From a virus (lineage: Duplodnaviria; Caudoviricetes), in IMG/VR virus record IMGVR_UViG_3300025652_000245, positions 1-34,536 of that record: a stretch of 34,536 nt of DNA, one strand, 5' to 3'. Shown here one piece after another: positions 24,181 through 33,355 of the stretch. The notes below the pieces were generated by a model. It saw only the letters and a program-made list of their open reading frames with translations. It had not been told where the DNA came from and ran no database searches. The position numbers and the translations under genes are program-made. The stretch's first letter is position 1. The number at the start of each line of letters is the position of its first letter.

Positions 24181-26484
24181 TTATGTATACCGTTGCATTC
24201 TGTTCATTGCTTTGACAGCAGCAGCGCCCGCCATACCGCCAGCACGCTTGGCCGCCCTATCACTCAGCCCATCACCGTTGATCTGCACAGTGACATTGTT
24301 GTTGTTTGTTTTTCCGCTCATCATGGCTGCAGTTTCTGCACCGCCAATAATGTTTGCTGGGCCTGTGATGATTTCCGGCCTCTTTTCACCCGCCACCGCA
24401 AACTGGCCGGCACCAACAAAACCGCCCGAATCCTTAAAGCCTAGAAAGCCACCAATGTTGCCAAGAAATGACCCGCCAGTTGATGCCGCTGCAGCCCCGC
24501 CGCCCGTTTTGCCAAAGATGCCGCCCAACACAGAGGCACCAACACCCAAGCTGCCGGAATCGCCGCCAACAGTTCCAGTTGTGCCGAATGCCTGAGCAGC
24601 TTTCAAGGCTACCAATTGAATGATAATTTTGGCAATGGATGCTAAAAATTGTTTTTCCCAATCCTCAACACCGCCAATGGCATTTGATACGCCTGACAGT
24701 AGCGCCTCATCAATCTCACCACCCAGCTTTTCAACTTCACCACCAAACTTGTCTGCATCTTTAACTGTTTGCGCTATCTTCTCGTTGATGTGTCCAACTG
24801 ATGCTGCATAGGTTTCTGCTGATATTTCGCCCTCATCCATTGCAACCTTGAGAATCATTATCTGGCCGCGCAACTCCTCAACCTGTTTCTGTGCTGCAGG
24901 CACCGCGTTTTCAATGATCTGCTGCACCTCATCTGCAAAGTCTTTTTGTGCTTCCATCGCATCAAGCTGCTCTGCCATGATCAAAAGGTTTTGTTTCTGT
25001 GGCTCTGTCAGGTCTTTTAGTGCGCCTTGCTCAACTGCATACCGTAGAGCTGCAGCCTCGCCAACCTGATCAAACAGTGCTATTTGTTCCCGCAACCCTT
25101 CTGCAGTGGTTAGATATGCTTTTTGAAGTCGTTCTGCAGCCTTGACCGCTTCTTCGTCAACTACACCAACACCGCCACCCGCTTTTGCATCTTTGCGCAA
25201 CTGGGCAATTTTTGCCTCTCTCTCTGCCCGCTCTTTTTCTCTTGCTTTTTGTTCATCTTCTTGCAGTTTGGCCTGTGCAGCAGCAAGTTGTAAAACCGCC
25301 TCTCTTTCATCAAAAATGGTTTGTATTGTTGACTGCCTAGCATCATTGATGCCAACTTCTGCCTCTTGAAATCTTTTATACGCGGCATCAATCGTGTCAT
25401 CAGTGAAAATGGCTTTGATGGTATCAGCAAACAGCCGCCCATGATTTTGCAGCTTGTCAAACGCAGACACAAACTCAACCACAATGACTTTAGTGATGGC
25501 GGCAATATTTGCTGGCATTTCTTTGAAGGCGCTTACAATAAAATCAACAGTATCTGACCCAATAGTGCCAAGCAGCTCTGTTTCATCCCCCATATCACCG
25601 AGGCTGTCAGTGGTCGCATCAATCGTGCCACGCCAGATGGCCATCGTCTCAAGAATGCTTGTGGTGAATGCACCGCTGTCAAGATATTCTGAAATACCTA
25701 GAATTGAACCACTTAAACCGTCACTTGCTCCGGATGCCTCATTGATTGTGCCAATTACCTTGGTGAGTGAGTTGCCAAATACAGTGACAGATTGTTCAAC
25801 GGTTGCGTTGATTTGTTGAAACTTGCCATCAACGGCATCACCCTGTGACTGCAGCGCATTAATGACCGCTTTTGCTGTCAGCGTGCCTGACTCTCCTAGC
25901 GCCTTTAGCTCACCAACATCTTTACCCAAACCATCAGCAAGCGCCTTGGCTAGTGCCGGTGCCTGCTCAAGTACTGAGTTCAATTCTTCACCACGCAACA
26001 CGCCTGCCGCAAAGCCCTGCCCTAACTGAACTAATGCCGCATTTGCTGATGTTGCAGATGTTCCACTGATGGCAACCGCTTTGTTGATAGTTTCAACCAC
26101 ACCAGCAACGCCCGCGCTTGATATAGCCAGGGCATCCTGGTTGGTTGCGATTCGTTGATAAAGCTCTGCTGTTGCGTCGAGCGGTTGGCGTGATTCTTGT
26201 GCGATCTGAAAAACGGCATCCTGTGCTGCAATCAAGTCTGCTGAATTGTCTGTGACAACGCGTAAACGGTTGCCTAAGCCTGTCCACGCATCTGCTGACG
26301 CAATGATCTGCCTTGTGCCTAGATAAGCAGCCAGGGGGCCAGCAATGCGCTTGAACGAGTTGCCAAGCTGATCTGTGGCTTTTTCTGTTCTGCCACCTTG
26401 CTTTGCTAGACCCTTAAGGCGTTTTTCAGCCTTTGGAACGTCAGAGCTATCAACTTTTATGCCTAGTGTTGCCCAAACGCTCAT
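24181..26484 (-). CDS. Tape measure protein
   Basis: ADAWTGLGNRL...AALVQLGQG...LRGEELNSVLEQAP, C-terminal GEKRPEII. Confidence 0.95.
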   Translation of the reverse strand: MSVWATLGIKVDSSDVPKAEKRLKGLAKQGGRTEKATDQLGNSFKRIAGPLAAYLGTRQIIASADAWTGLGNRLRVVTDNSADLIAAQDAVFQIAQESRQPLDATAELYQRIATNQDALAISSAGVAGVVETINKAVAISGTSATSANAALVQLGQGFAAGVLRGEELNSVLEQAPALAKALADGLGKDVGELKALGESGTLTAKAVINALQSQGDAVDGKFQQINATVEQSVTVFGNSLTKVIGTINEASGASDGLSGSILGISEYLDSGAFTTSILETMAIWRGTIDATTDSLGDMGDETELLGTIGSDTVDFIVSAFKEMPANIAAITKVIVVEFVSAFDKLQNHGRLFADTIKAIFTDDTIDAAYKRFQEAEVGINDARQSTIQTIFDEREAVLQLAAAQAKLQEDEQKAREKERAEREAKIAQLRKDAKAGGGVGVVDEEAVKAAERLQKAYLTTAEGLREQIALFDQVGEAAALRYAVEQGALKDLTEPQKQNLLIMAEQLDAMEAQKDFADEVQQIIENAVPAAQKQVEELRGQIMILKVAMDEGEISAETYAASVGHINEKIAQTVKDADKFGGEVEKLGGEIDEALLSGVSNAIGGVEDWEKQFLASIAKIIIQLVALKAAQAFGTTGTVGGDSGSLGVGASVLGGIFGKTGGGAAAASTGGSFLGNIGGFLGFKDSGGFVGAGQFAVAGEKRPEIITGPANIIGGAETAAMMSGKTNNNNVTVQINGDGLSDRAAKRAGGMAGAAAVKAMNRMQRYT

Positions 26485-26487
26485 TCT

Positions 26488-26805
26488 CTATACCTTTCTT
26501 GACAGCTTCATTAGTATTTTGACTTCCCAAGCACTCAAATTGCGATTGGTTAGCTCTGCCCAAGCACTCAGCTCTGAATAGCTGGCCGGGTGCTTCAGCT
26601 CCAAAAACCAACCCCACAAATATTGCAGATGCTCTGGGCATTCTCCCTGCTCGATCAGCTCTGCCGGGGTGATTCCTGTTGACTTTTCCACTGCCTCAAG
26701 GTGGGTTTTAGTAGAAATTCCATCTGTTGCGCCTTCTGGCGGCTTGCTGTATTCAATTTCCAGCGCCGCCCAATTGTTTAAGGCTTCGAGGCTTTCCCAA
26801 AAAAA
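26488..26805 (-). CDS. Tail assembly chaperone, frameshift extension (gpT-like)
   Basis: The -1 frame is open from the T7 run at 26805-26799 to the stop at 26488; YLWGWFLEL...SYSELSAW...LSAWEV. Confidence 0.75.
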   Translation of the reverse strand, partial: FFWESLEALNNWAALEIEYSKPPEGATDGISTKTHLEAVEKSTGITPAELIEQGECPEHLQYLWGWFLELKHPASYSELSAWAELTNRNLSAWEVKILMKLSRKV

Positions 26806-27167
26806 CGGCTATTTTGTGTTGACACCTTGTCAATCTGATCTGGTAGGTGAACCGCTTCTGTCAGAAACTCTTTAATATTTTCTTCTGTAAATTCTTCATC
26901 AAATGACCAGCCAGCGACTAACGAGACAAGCAAATCAAGTTTGCGTGCCTTATGTGCTGCCTTTTTCTCATCTTCATTTTCAAGCGCCGCATCTTTGAAA
27001 GCCTGCTGCACTGCAACTTCTTTGGCCTCTTGAAATTCATCACTCCAAATGCTCCGAATGATTATCCATTCATTAGAAAGTTTGCCTGTGGCCATGTCGG
27101 TCAAGAAAACTTTGATTCCCTTGCTGGCCTGCTCTCGCGTGTAAAACTTTTCTCTCTTGCTTGTCAT
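26778..27167 (-). CDS. Tail assembly chaperone (gpG-like)
   Basis: LVAGWSFDEEFTEEN; between tail tube and TMP; ATG 27167 has a GAGGG SD. Confidence 0.85.
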   Translation of the reverse strand: MTSKREKFYTREQASKGIKVFLTDMATGKLSNEWIIIRSIWSDEFQEAKEVAVQQAFKDAALENEDEKKAAHKARKLDLLVSLVAGWSFDEEFTEENIKEFLTEAVHLPDQIDKVSTQNSRFFGKASKP

Positions 27168-27222
27168 GCCCAACCCTCTAAACTGCGCGGCCCCAGTAGC
27201 TGACCGCGTGTTCATTATTATA

Positions 27223-28428
27223 TTATGCTTGTGAATCCTGAATACTGATTGTCGTGTTTTCGCTATTGATACCCGTACCACCAGCACCATTCAGAAGCGC
27301 CGTAAAGGGCATAGTTTGCACCAAGCCTTTCTCACCGTCATCTTTAGATGAACCGCCAACTTTCACCCTTGGAAATACAAAAGATATAAATTCAGGGTTA
27401 GCAGTTGAACCGCCTTTAAATACTGCATAAATAGGCACTTCAGTTTCATTGTCAAAATAATCTCTAAACACTGCATCCTGAAAATACACGCTCATATTGC
27501 CAGAAACTTTAATGCGGCCTCTGAAAATAGCAGGGTTTACATTTGAACCAACAACAGGCTCTGTGCTTAGACCAGTATCAATGACAAAATCCATGCCGGT
27601 AATTAATGCAACAGCAGCGCCGTCAACATAGATAAAACCACTCACGGCCGCCAAAACTGGGTCAGTACCTGCAGCAGCAACAGAGGTGAAATATTGTGAT
27701 GTGTCGTTTGTTCTATCCTTGCCAAGCATAGGAATTGAAATTGTCGCCATGCCTGTTGGCGGCAAACCAATGCTGATGCTCTGTGGCTTCAGACCCAAAC
27801 ACAACTCACTTTGATTGATGTCGTCGTGCCAGTGTTCAATTGCAACAGATTGATCTGTTTTTGTGCCTGTAGCCGCAAATGTTTTCTTGCCAACCATCGC
27901 CAGCGTGACCGTATCGCCTTCAGCTTCATCTGTCAGCACAGTGCCATCAAGTGTGGCAACCGTCATCACCGTTGCAGTCAACGCCGTGATCATCGCATAG
28001 TGTGCGTTGTTGTTGCTTGTAGTAAACCCCGAAGCACTTACAACATCACCCAACTTGAAACCGTCTGTAAGGTAGGAGCCAGTGGAGCGAGTGAACTCTG
28101 TACCCGTACCCGTCACCGCAATGACAGCAACAGCGCCTGTGGTAGCTGCAGCGGGAAAATCCTGCCGCAAAGCAACCTCAAACAGATCATTGTAAGTGCC
28201 AACTGATAATTCACCATCAATTGAACCTGCAACACTGCGCACGCCGTGACGGTAATCAGCCACCTGACCATCATCACGAATCTCTGCACTCTCATTAATG
28301 GCTTTCACCAGATCGAGGCTAGAAGAAACACGCCTCATGTATTGCGCACCAGTAGCACCAGGGGCCACGCCCCAAGATGTTTCCTTCTTGATCGCAACCT
28401 TTTTATTTACGCCTGCTGCTATAGTCAT
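27223..28428 (-). CDS. Major tail tube protein
   Basis: KETSWGVAP, ESAEIRDD, AGSIDGELS, VSGNMSVYF. Confidence 0.9.
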   Translation of the reverse strand: MTIAAGVNKKVAIKKETSWGVAPGATGAQYMRRVSSSLDLVKAINESAEIRDDGQVADYRHGVRSVAGSIDGELSVGTYNDLFEVALRQDFPAAATTGAVAVIAVTGTGTEFTRSTGSYLTDGFKLGDVVSASGFTTSNNNAHYAMITALTATVMTVATLDGTVLTDEAEGDTVTLAMVGKKTFAATGTKTDQSVAIEHWHDDINQSELCLGLKPQSISIGLPPTGMATISIPMLGKDRTNDTSQYFTSVAAAGTDPVLAAVSGFIYVDGAAVALITGMDFVIDTGLSTEPVVGSNVNPAIFRGRIKVSGNMSVYFQDAVFRDYFDNETEVPIYAVFKGGSTANPEFISFVFPRVKVGGSSKDDGEKGLVQTMPFTALLNGAGGTGINSENTTISIQDSQA

Positions 28429-28829
28429 CTTTGCACCCTTGCTTCCCAATTAATATTTACAATGATTTGATAAAACGAGTCTATATTTCCAGACGGGCCT
28501 TTGCCTGCACTGGTTATAAAGACTTCTTGCCCCAAATAAGACGGTCTAAATCCCGCCTTAAAAACATTTCGTATTTCTGTTACTTTTTGATTGGCTGCAC
28601 CAACCCCAGTATTCACTGGATAGTTCAGGTTGATCTGCATGATCCCTGAAATTAAATCTTCACCACCATCACCCATTGTGTTTACAAATGGCTGTGCGTG
28701 TAAGATGTAAACTTCAGCATACGGTGTGCCAACAACAGGCACAAAGCTCTTGTTTTCAACGGCATAATCTAGCCCAAAAGCGCCGTCATCAAATGCCTGA
28801 ATTAATGCTGAATCAATCTTATATATCAT
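28425..28829 (-). CDS. Tail terminator (DUF4128-like)
   Basis: AVENKSF.P...PY, GIMQINLNYPVNTG. Confidence 0.8.
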   Translation of the reverse strand: MIYKIDSALIQAFDDGAFGLDYAVENKSFVPVVGTPYAEVYILHAQPFVNTMGDGGEDLISGIMQINLNYPVNTGVGAANQKVTEIRNVFKAGFRPSYLGQEVFITSAGKGPSGNIDSFYQIIVNINWEARVQR

Positions 28830-29227
28830 ATTCTTGTTTTAGACTCTTGCTCTTTTACCAGCTTGGCAAATCGCGTGATATTTTTTCTTACCATGCCCTG
28901 TGGTGCCTTACCTTTAGAACCGCCGTATTCAATCGGCACCGCATATGGTAGGTTGTTGGTCATCCATGTGACCCGCCCACCTTTTTTACTGTTGACCACT
29001 GTGGTCATCTTTCCTATTGTCCCTGATCTGCCAGGATCAACACCCTCAACAGTACCTGTGGATGGCTGGCCAAATGTCACTTGCCAATTGCCAACCAATC
29101 TACCCTCATCAACCGGGGTGTCTTGTATGACATCAGAAAACAGGGCTATTTCAACGCCCTTGATCATTCTATCGCTTGCGCCATTTAGCTTTAAACCAAA
29201 ACTTTTAATGTCGCCCTCAAAGCTCAC
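28826..29227 (-). CDS. Tail completion protein (HK97 gp10-like)
   Basis: TPVDEGRLVGNWQ, NNLPYAVPIEYG, APQGMVR. Confidence 0.88.
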   Translation of the reverse strand: MSFEGDIKSFGLKLNGASDRMIKGVEIALFSDVIQDTPVDEGRLVGNWQVTFGQPSTGTVEGVDPGRSGTIGKMTTVVNSKKGGRVTWMTNNLPYAVPIEYGGSKGKAPQGMVRKNITRFAKLVKEQESKTRI

Positions 29228-29577
29228 TTTCTAGCCTGCACAAAATACACAAGCGGTGTGCCTGCAGGATTCTTTGCCACAATATCAATGATGCTCCAAT
29301 ATTCAGCGCCTACCAAAACCTTGTCAGTCAATACAGGTGTTTGTGTGTTATCCAGAATTAACATTCTGTCACCGCTTTGGATTCTCTGCCCATCAATCAA
29401 ATCAGATTTATACTGTGAAACAATACCCTTTTGGGTAATCAATGACGTGCTGCCGCCCGCCTCAACGCCTGTGACATTATCAAAGGTGCCGTCAGCCTTT
29501 CTCTGCAGTGTGATCGTTTGGCCAAACTCATCAATCAGAGTGTTAGCAACTGCAGCCATGTCATCATAAAAAGCCAT
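29224..29577 (-). CDS. Head closure protein
   Basis: LIDEFGQ...IDGQRIQSGD...NPAGTPLVY..QARK. Confidence 0.8.
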   Translation of the reverse strand: MAFYDDMAAVANTLIDEFGQTITLQRKADGTFDNVTGVEAGGSTSLITQKGIVSQYKSDLIDGQRIQSGDRMLILDNTQTPVLTDKVLVGAEYWSIIDIVAKNPAGTPLVYFVQARK

Positions 29578-30069
29578 TTAAGCACGCACCAAAAACATGC
29601 CATTATTATTCAGCAAGATATTAATGTGCGCTCTGGATTTTTGGGTCTTGTTAACTTTTAACGCTTGGCCAGGATTGGCGTATTCAATTTCAACCGCCCC
29701 ATCAACCTTTTTGCGTATAGCTGGCAATTCGGCATCTGGCGGATTAAATAAATCCTGCGAGGCATCAGCCTCGATGCACAAGGCAAGCTGTGCGTTTTTT
29801 ACCTGTCGTGGTATCTCGGCACTCGACCATGACCAACCCTCAAGCACAACATCTGTGCGGGGCCATGATAGCGCCTGATCTCTTGCAACCCTCTGCCCAA
29901 CAAACCGCTTATCAAAAGATTCTAAAAAATCCATTGACTCTGCAATTAATACTTTTGGTGGTCTTGATAGGGTCAAGCCACGCGCGCACGCATGGGCTGC
30001 CAATTCAGCAGCGGTGATATAACTTGTGGCACCAGAAACCCGGCTGCCATCTTCAATTATTATGGCCAC
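29578..30069 (-). CDS. Head-tail adaptor (DnaT-like family)
   Basis: EDGS...ATSYIT, QALSWPR, IPRQVKNAQ. Confidence 0.85.
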   Translation of the reverse strand: MAIIIEDGSRVSGATSYITAAELAAHACARGLTLSRPPKVLIAESMDFLESFDKRFVGQRVARDQALSWPRTDVVLEGWSWSSAEIPRQVKNAQLALCIEADASQDLFNPPDAELPAIRKKVDGAVEIEYANPGQALKVNKTQKSRAHINILLNNNGMFLVRA

Positions 30070-30071
30070 AA

Positions 30072-30239
30072 TTAGCCCTCAGATTTCGAGGCTGTGCCTT
30101 TTCTTGTTGCCGGTTTTGATCTAGCCTCAGAATATTTCTGATGCTTATCTTTGTCAAAATCCTCAACATTAATTTCTACATAGTCGCCCTGATCTTTTCC
30201 CCAGGGTTTCACCTTCATCACTTCGCATGTTCCACTCAT
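30072..30239 (-). CDS. Small virion-associated protein, 55 aa (not in ORF track)
   Basis: MSGTCEVMKVKPWGKDQGDYVEINVEDFDKDKHQKY...; typical post-capsid mini-gene. Confidence 0.7.
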   Translation of the reverse strand: MSGTCEVMKVKPWGKDQGDYVEINVEDFDKDKHQKYSEARSKPATRKGTASKSEG

Positions 30240-30260
30240 AAAGCACCCATTCTAAACAAT

Positions 30261-30295
30261 GAAAAAATAGGGGGCCATTACAGCCCCCCGTTTTC
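30261..30295 (-). terminator. Terminator after the major capsid gene
   Basis: GGGGGCTGTAATGGCCCCC-TATTTTTT on the minus strand. Confidence 0.75.
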
Positions 30296-31444
30296 TTAGC
30301 CTAACAACAGTGCCATGTGTTCTGGCTTAACGGCTTTAACACCCCAAGCCAAAGCCACCTCAAACTGAACTTGTCTGTATTGCATGTATTGCGATACTTC
30401 AAAGCTCAAACCTGAACGCGGGTCAGTGATGATCTGACGATCAACAGCAGAATCACCCAATTCAGGCAGTGCAGGTGCGCGTGTTGCCAAAGCAATTGCG
30501 CCACGGTTGAATGCCATGTTGCGAGCAGCAGCAGCAACAACAGTGATTGCTTTTGTCGCGGCAGACATCGCCACTTTCAGCCCGGGTGCGGCAATAGTGA
30601 TTTCGCCACCAGATACTGCACCAACGCCAGACTCAACAACATACTGATTCGTATCGCCTGCAAATGTAACAACATCACCCGCAAGAATGGTACCAGTACC
30701 AACAGCAGCCAAAGTCAATACAGTTGCGCCGACAGCATAACCGGCATTGTCAGTGGTAGCTGATGCGCCTGTGCCTTTTGCTGGTGTGAGGATTTGGCCG
30801 GATTCACGCAAATCAAAGCCGGTCAAAGGCATTAATACGCCCTGACGCTGTATGCTTGGATCACCAGCATAATCAACACGCGCCTGCTTACCAATAAAGC
30901 TGGCACCTGCAGAAGTGTCAATAACCAGATGATTATCCATCTGTGGTGCGCCGTTATCTTTCAGAATCTTCATTGCTTGTGCAGCATCTGAAAAGTCGCC
31001 AGCGGTAGCAAAAGGCGTGGTGCCGGCAGTACCGTATGCGCGGGATGCAGCAATATGCAATCCAGCCAAGTCAGCCTCAACCTCATTGACAAGTGTGCGC
31101 ATTGCTTGTGCAAACTGATCAACAACGATGTTGCCAACGCCAGGGCCACTATTCAAGCCCATTGACTGCTCACCATTCCAGCGAACTGGTACACGCCGCG
31201 CTTTGCTGATGGTCATATCAACATTAGTGATTACCTGATCACCATCATCAGGGGTGTCAACCGCTGGGGTGATGTCAGAAGCTGTTGCAGCAGGTGCAAC
31301 AGGTGAACGCACAACTTGACCCTGTGCCGCGCGCTCAAATGACATATCTGAACTTACAGCAGGGATTAAACCAACCATTTCACGTGAAACTGTGTCAGCA
31401 GCGGTGTAAAGGTCGGGGATTAGGTTTGTAATGGTACTAGCCAT
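30296..31444 (-). CDS. Major capsid protein (P22 coat-like family)
   Basis: LIPDLY.A.D.VSRE.VG.IPAV, DPRSGLSFEV..Y.QYRQ, AWGVKAVKPEH. Confidence 0.92.
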   Translation of the reverse strand: MASTITNLIPDLYTAADTVSREMVGLIPAVSSDMSFERAAQGQVVRSPVAPAATASDITPAVDTPDDGDQVITNVDMTISKARRVPVRWNGEQSMGLNSGPGVGNIVVDQFAQAMRTLVNEVEADLAGLHIAASRAYGTAGTTPFATAGDFSDAAQAMKILKDNGAPQMDNHLVIDTSAGASFIGKQARVDYAGDPSIQRQGVLMPLTGFDLRESGQILTPAKGTGASATTDNAGYAVGATVLTLAAVGTGTILAGDVVTFAGDTNQYVVESGVGAVSGGEITIAAPGLKVAMSAATKAITVVAAAARNMAFNRGAIALATRAPALPELGDSAVDRQIITDPRSGLSFEVSQYMQYRQVQFEVALAWGVKAVKPEHMALLLG

Positions 31445-31458
31445 TATATTTTACTCCA

Positions 31459-32193
31459 TCAATCAATTAAGGTGCCGCCATCTTTAACAAAAGCCATTCG
31501 TTCTGTTGGGCTTTTCGCGTTAAAGTCGGCGCGTTTTAGTGTTTTCGTACTCCCGGCCCCGCCGTCACTGCCATTGGCCCCGCCGCCTGCAGCTTTTGAA
31601 CCTACAATGAGCGGCGCAAACGCCGGATCACCAATAAATTCATTTTTTAATTCTTCAACTGTTAATGCAGAAGGTTTTCCGTCTGCATCTGTCACAACTG
31701 TTACCGCCTTGCCGTCACGAATCTCCATCTGCAGTCGTGATTGTATGTGTGGCAATAAAGCCCTTGCGCTTCCCTGGACAGCAAGCTCTGATGCCATTTG
31801 GGTTGCTTTTGATGTTACTGTTGCGTTATGCAGCAGGCTTTCCAGTTGTGTAATTTTTGGCTGGTATTCTTCTTTTAAACCGTTGACGGTTGTGTCAAAC
31901 TTGGTTTGCCAGCTTTGCTCGAGCGCGTCAGTATCGCCGTTTTTCTTTGCTAATTCCTTAGCCTCTGCAACCGCCAGTGCTTCAGCTTCTTTTGCTTTGG
32001 CTGCAAGCCCTTTCTTTTCTGACAGAAGCTCTTGAATTTTTGAATCCATCGCCTCGATGCGCTTGTCAGCTTCAGATGTGTCAGGCTTTGGAATGCCATC
32101 AACACTTAAAACAAACTTTCCATCTTGCTCTGTATACAAAGAGCGTTGTGATTCATCAATTTCTTCTATACTATCGTGTTGGTATTGTAACAT
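31459..32193 (-). CDS. Capsid scaffolding protein
   Basis: LYTEQDGKFVLSVDG, coiled coil, GSKAAGGGA; directly upstream of the MCP. Confidence 0.85.
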   Translation of the reverse strand: MLQYQHDSIEEIDESQRSLYTEQDGKFVLSVDGIPKPDTSEADKRIEAMDSKIQELLSEKKGLAAKAKEAEALAVAEAKELAKKNGDTDALEQSWQTKFDTTVNGLKEEYQPKITQLESLLHNATVTSKATQMASELAVQGSARALLPHIQSRLQMEIRDGKAVTVVTDADGKPSALTVEELKNEFIGDPAFAPLIVGSKAAGGGANGSDGGAGSTKTLKRADFNAKSPTERMAFVKDGGTLID

Positions 32194-32287
32194 TTTATAT
32201 CCCCCGGATATATTTTGTGGCAAGCCCTGCCCGCCTATTAAGCACCCCACAAGTGGGGCGGTGTTCTTTTGTTCTAATTGTTGACAA

Positions 32288-33355
32288 TTATATCCCCGCG
32301 CGCTCGAACGCTAAAGGTTCCAATCGGCGCATTTCTGCCAGTGTCAATGGTTCAAAATTCTTGCCTAAATTTAATTCTGCAAATCGTTCTGATGACAGCC
32401 CACCATTGCGCAACAATGCCGCCCTGCGCACTCCAAGCGTGCTGTTTTGGAATGCCTTCGGCTGCTTCTTTAGCCACTGATAATATGTTTGATCTTGTGC
32501 AACGTACCCATTGACGCTTGACCTTGTAGCCCCAGCCTTTAAAAAATCAAACTCATCATCAAGCTCTGCAACAGTTGTTGACCGGCATGAAACATGAATT
32601 GGCGGTCTTGGCCCTGAATCAACAGGGAATAACTGACCATCCAATGACCTGCAAATCTGAGTGGTACGGCCATCAAGTGTTGACACCCATTTCACTTTTT
32701 TCACTAGATCACTGTTGGCATCCCATGTTGCTTGCCTTGCAATAGATGCGGTATGTTGCACCGCTGTTCTGACCATCGCTTTTGCGCCACGGTTGGTGAT
32801 AGCCAGTTCACCGTCATTGTATTTGTTAGCCCTGGTTCCACGCACTGTGCGTATCATGTCAGCGTTTGTTTGACCCTCATAAAAGCCACGCCGGATCACG
32901 CCTGATATTCTCTCAACATCATTGGCTGACCAATCACGCATAAAAGCATCAAGCAATTTGCCGCCACCAACACCGCGCACAGATAAAGGCGCAGACAAGA
33001 CAGCCGCCCTGACCTGCTCTGGTGATGGAATAACAGATTCAAAGCCGCGCACAACCTGATCAATTGATCTAGCCTCAAAACCTGCTTCATAGTCGGCAAT
33101 ATCTGCCAAGTCTGTCTGCAGGGTGCCAAGATAGCGTGCATATATCGCATTTAAGTCTGTATTGACACCAGTGATTAGGCGCTCAACCCTACCGCGTGAA
33201 AAGTCAGTCATGGTTTCAGCAGATAACCGCAACCGCAATTGCACATCCATTTCCTTAAGGAATGCGGCAAATTTGGCAGCCTCACCAGATTTGACACGCT
33301 CCAAGAATACTTGATGCCGGGTGGACTGCTCTATCAGTTGCGGTGATGTCGCCAT
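32288..33355 (-). CDS. Minor head protein (SPP1 gp7 / Mu gpF-like)
   Basis: WVSTLDGRTTQICRSLDG...PPIHVSCRST. Confidence 0.92.
   Translation of the reverse strand: MATSPQLIEQSTRHQVFLERVKSGEAAKFAAFLKEMDVQLRLRLSAETMTDFSRGRVERLITGVNTDLNAIYARYLGTLQTDLADIADYEAGFEARSIDQVVRGFESVIPSPEQVRAAVLSAPLSVRGVGGGKLLDAFMRDWSANDVERISGVIRRGFYEGQTNADMIRTVRGTRANKYNDGELAITNRGAKAMVRTAVQHTASIARQATWDANSDLVKKVKWVSTLDGRTTQICRSLDGQLFPVDSGPRPPIHVSCRSTTVAELDDEFDFLKAGATRSSVNGYVAQDQTYYQWLKKQPKAFQNSTLGVRRAALLRNGGLSSERFAELNLGKNFEPLTLAEMRRLEPLAFERAGI

Noticed and set aside
26792-26798. Lambda-type slippery sequence GGGAAAG
   Set aside because: Wrong phase (GGG AAA G); the adjacent T TTT TTT fits X XXY YYZ.
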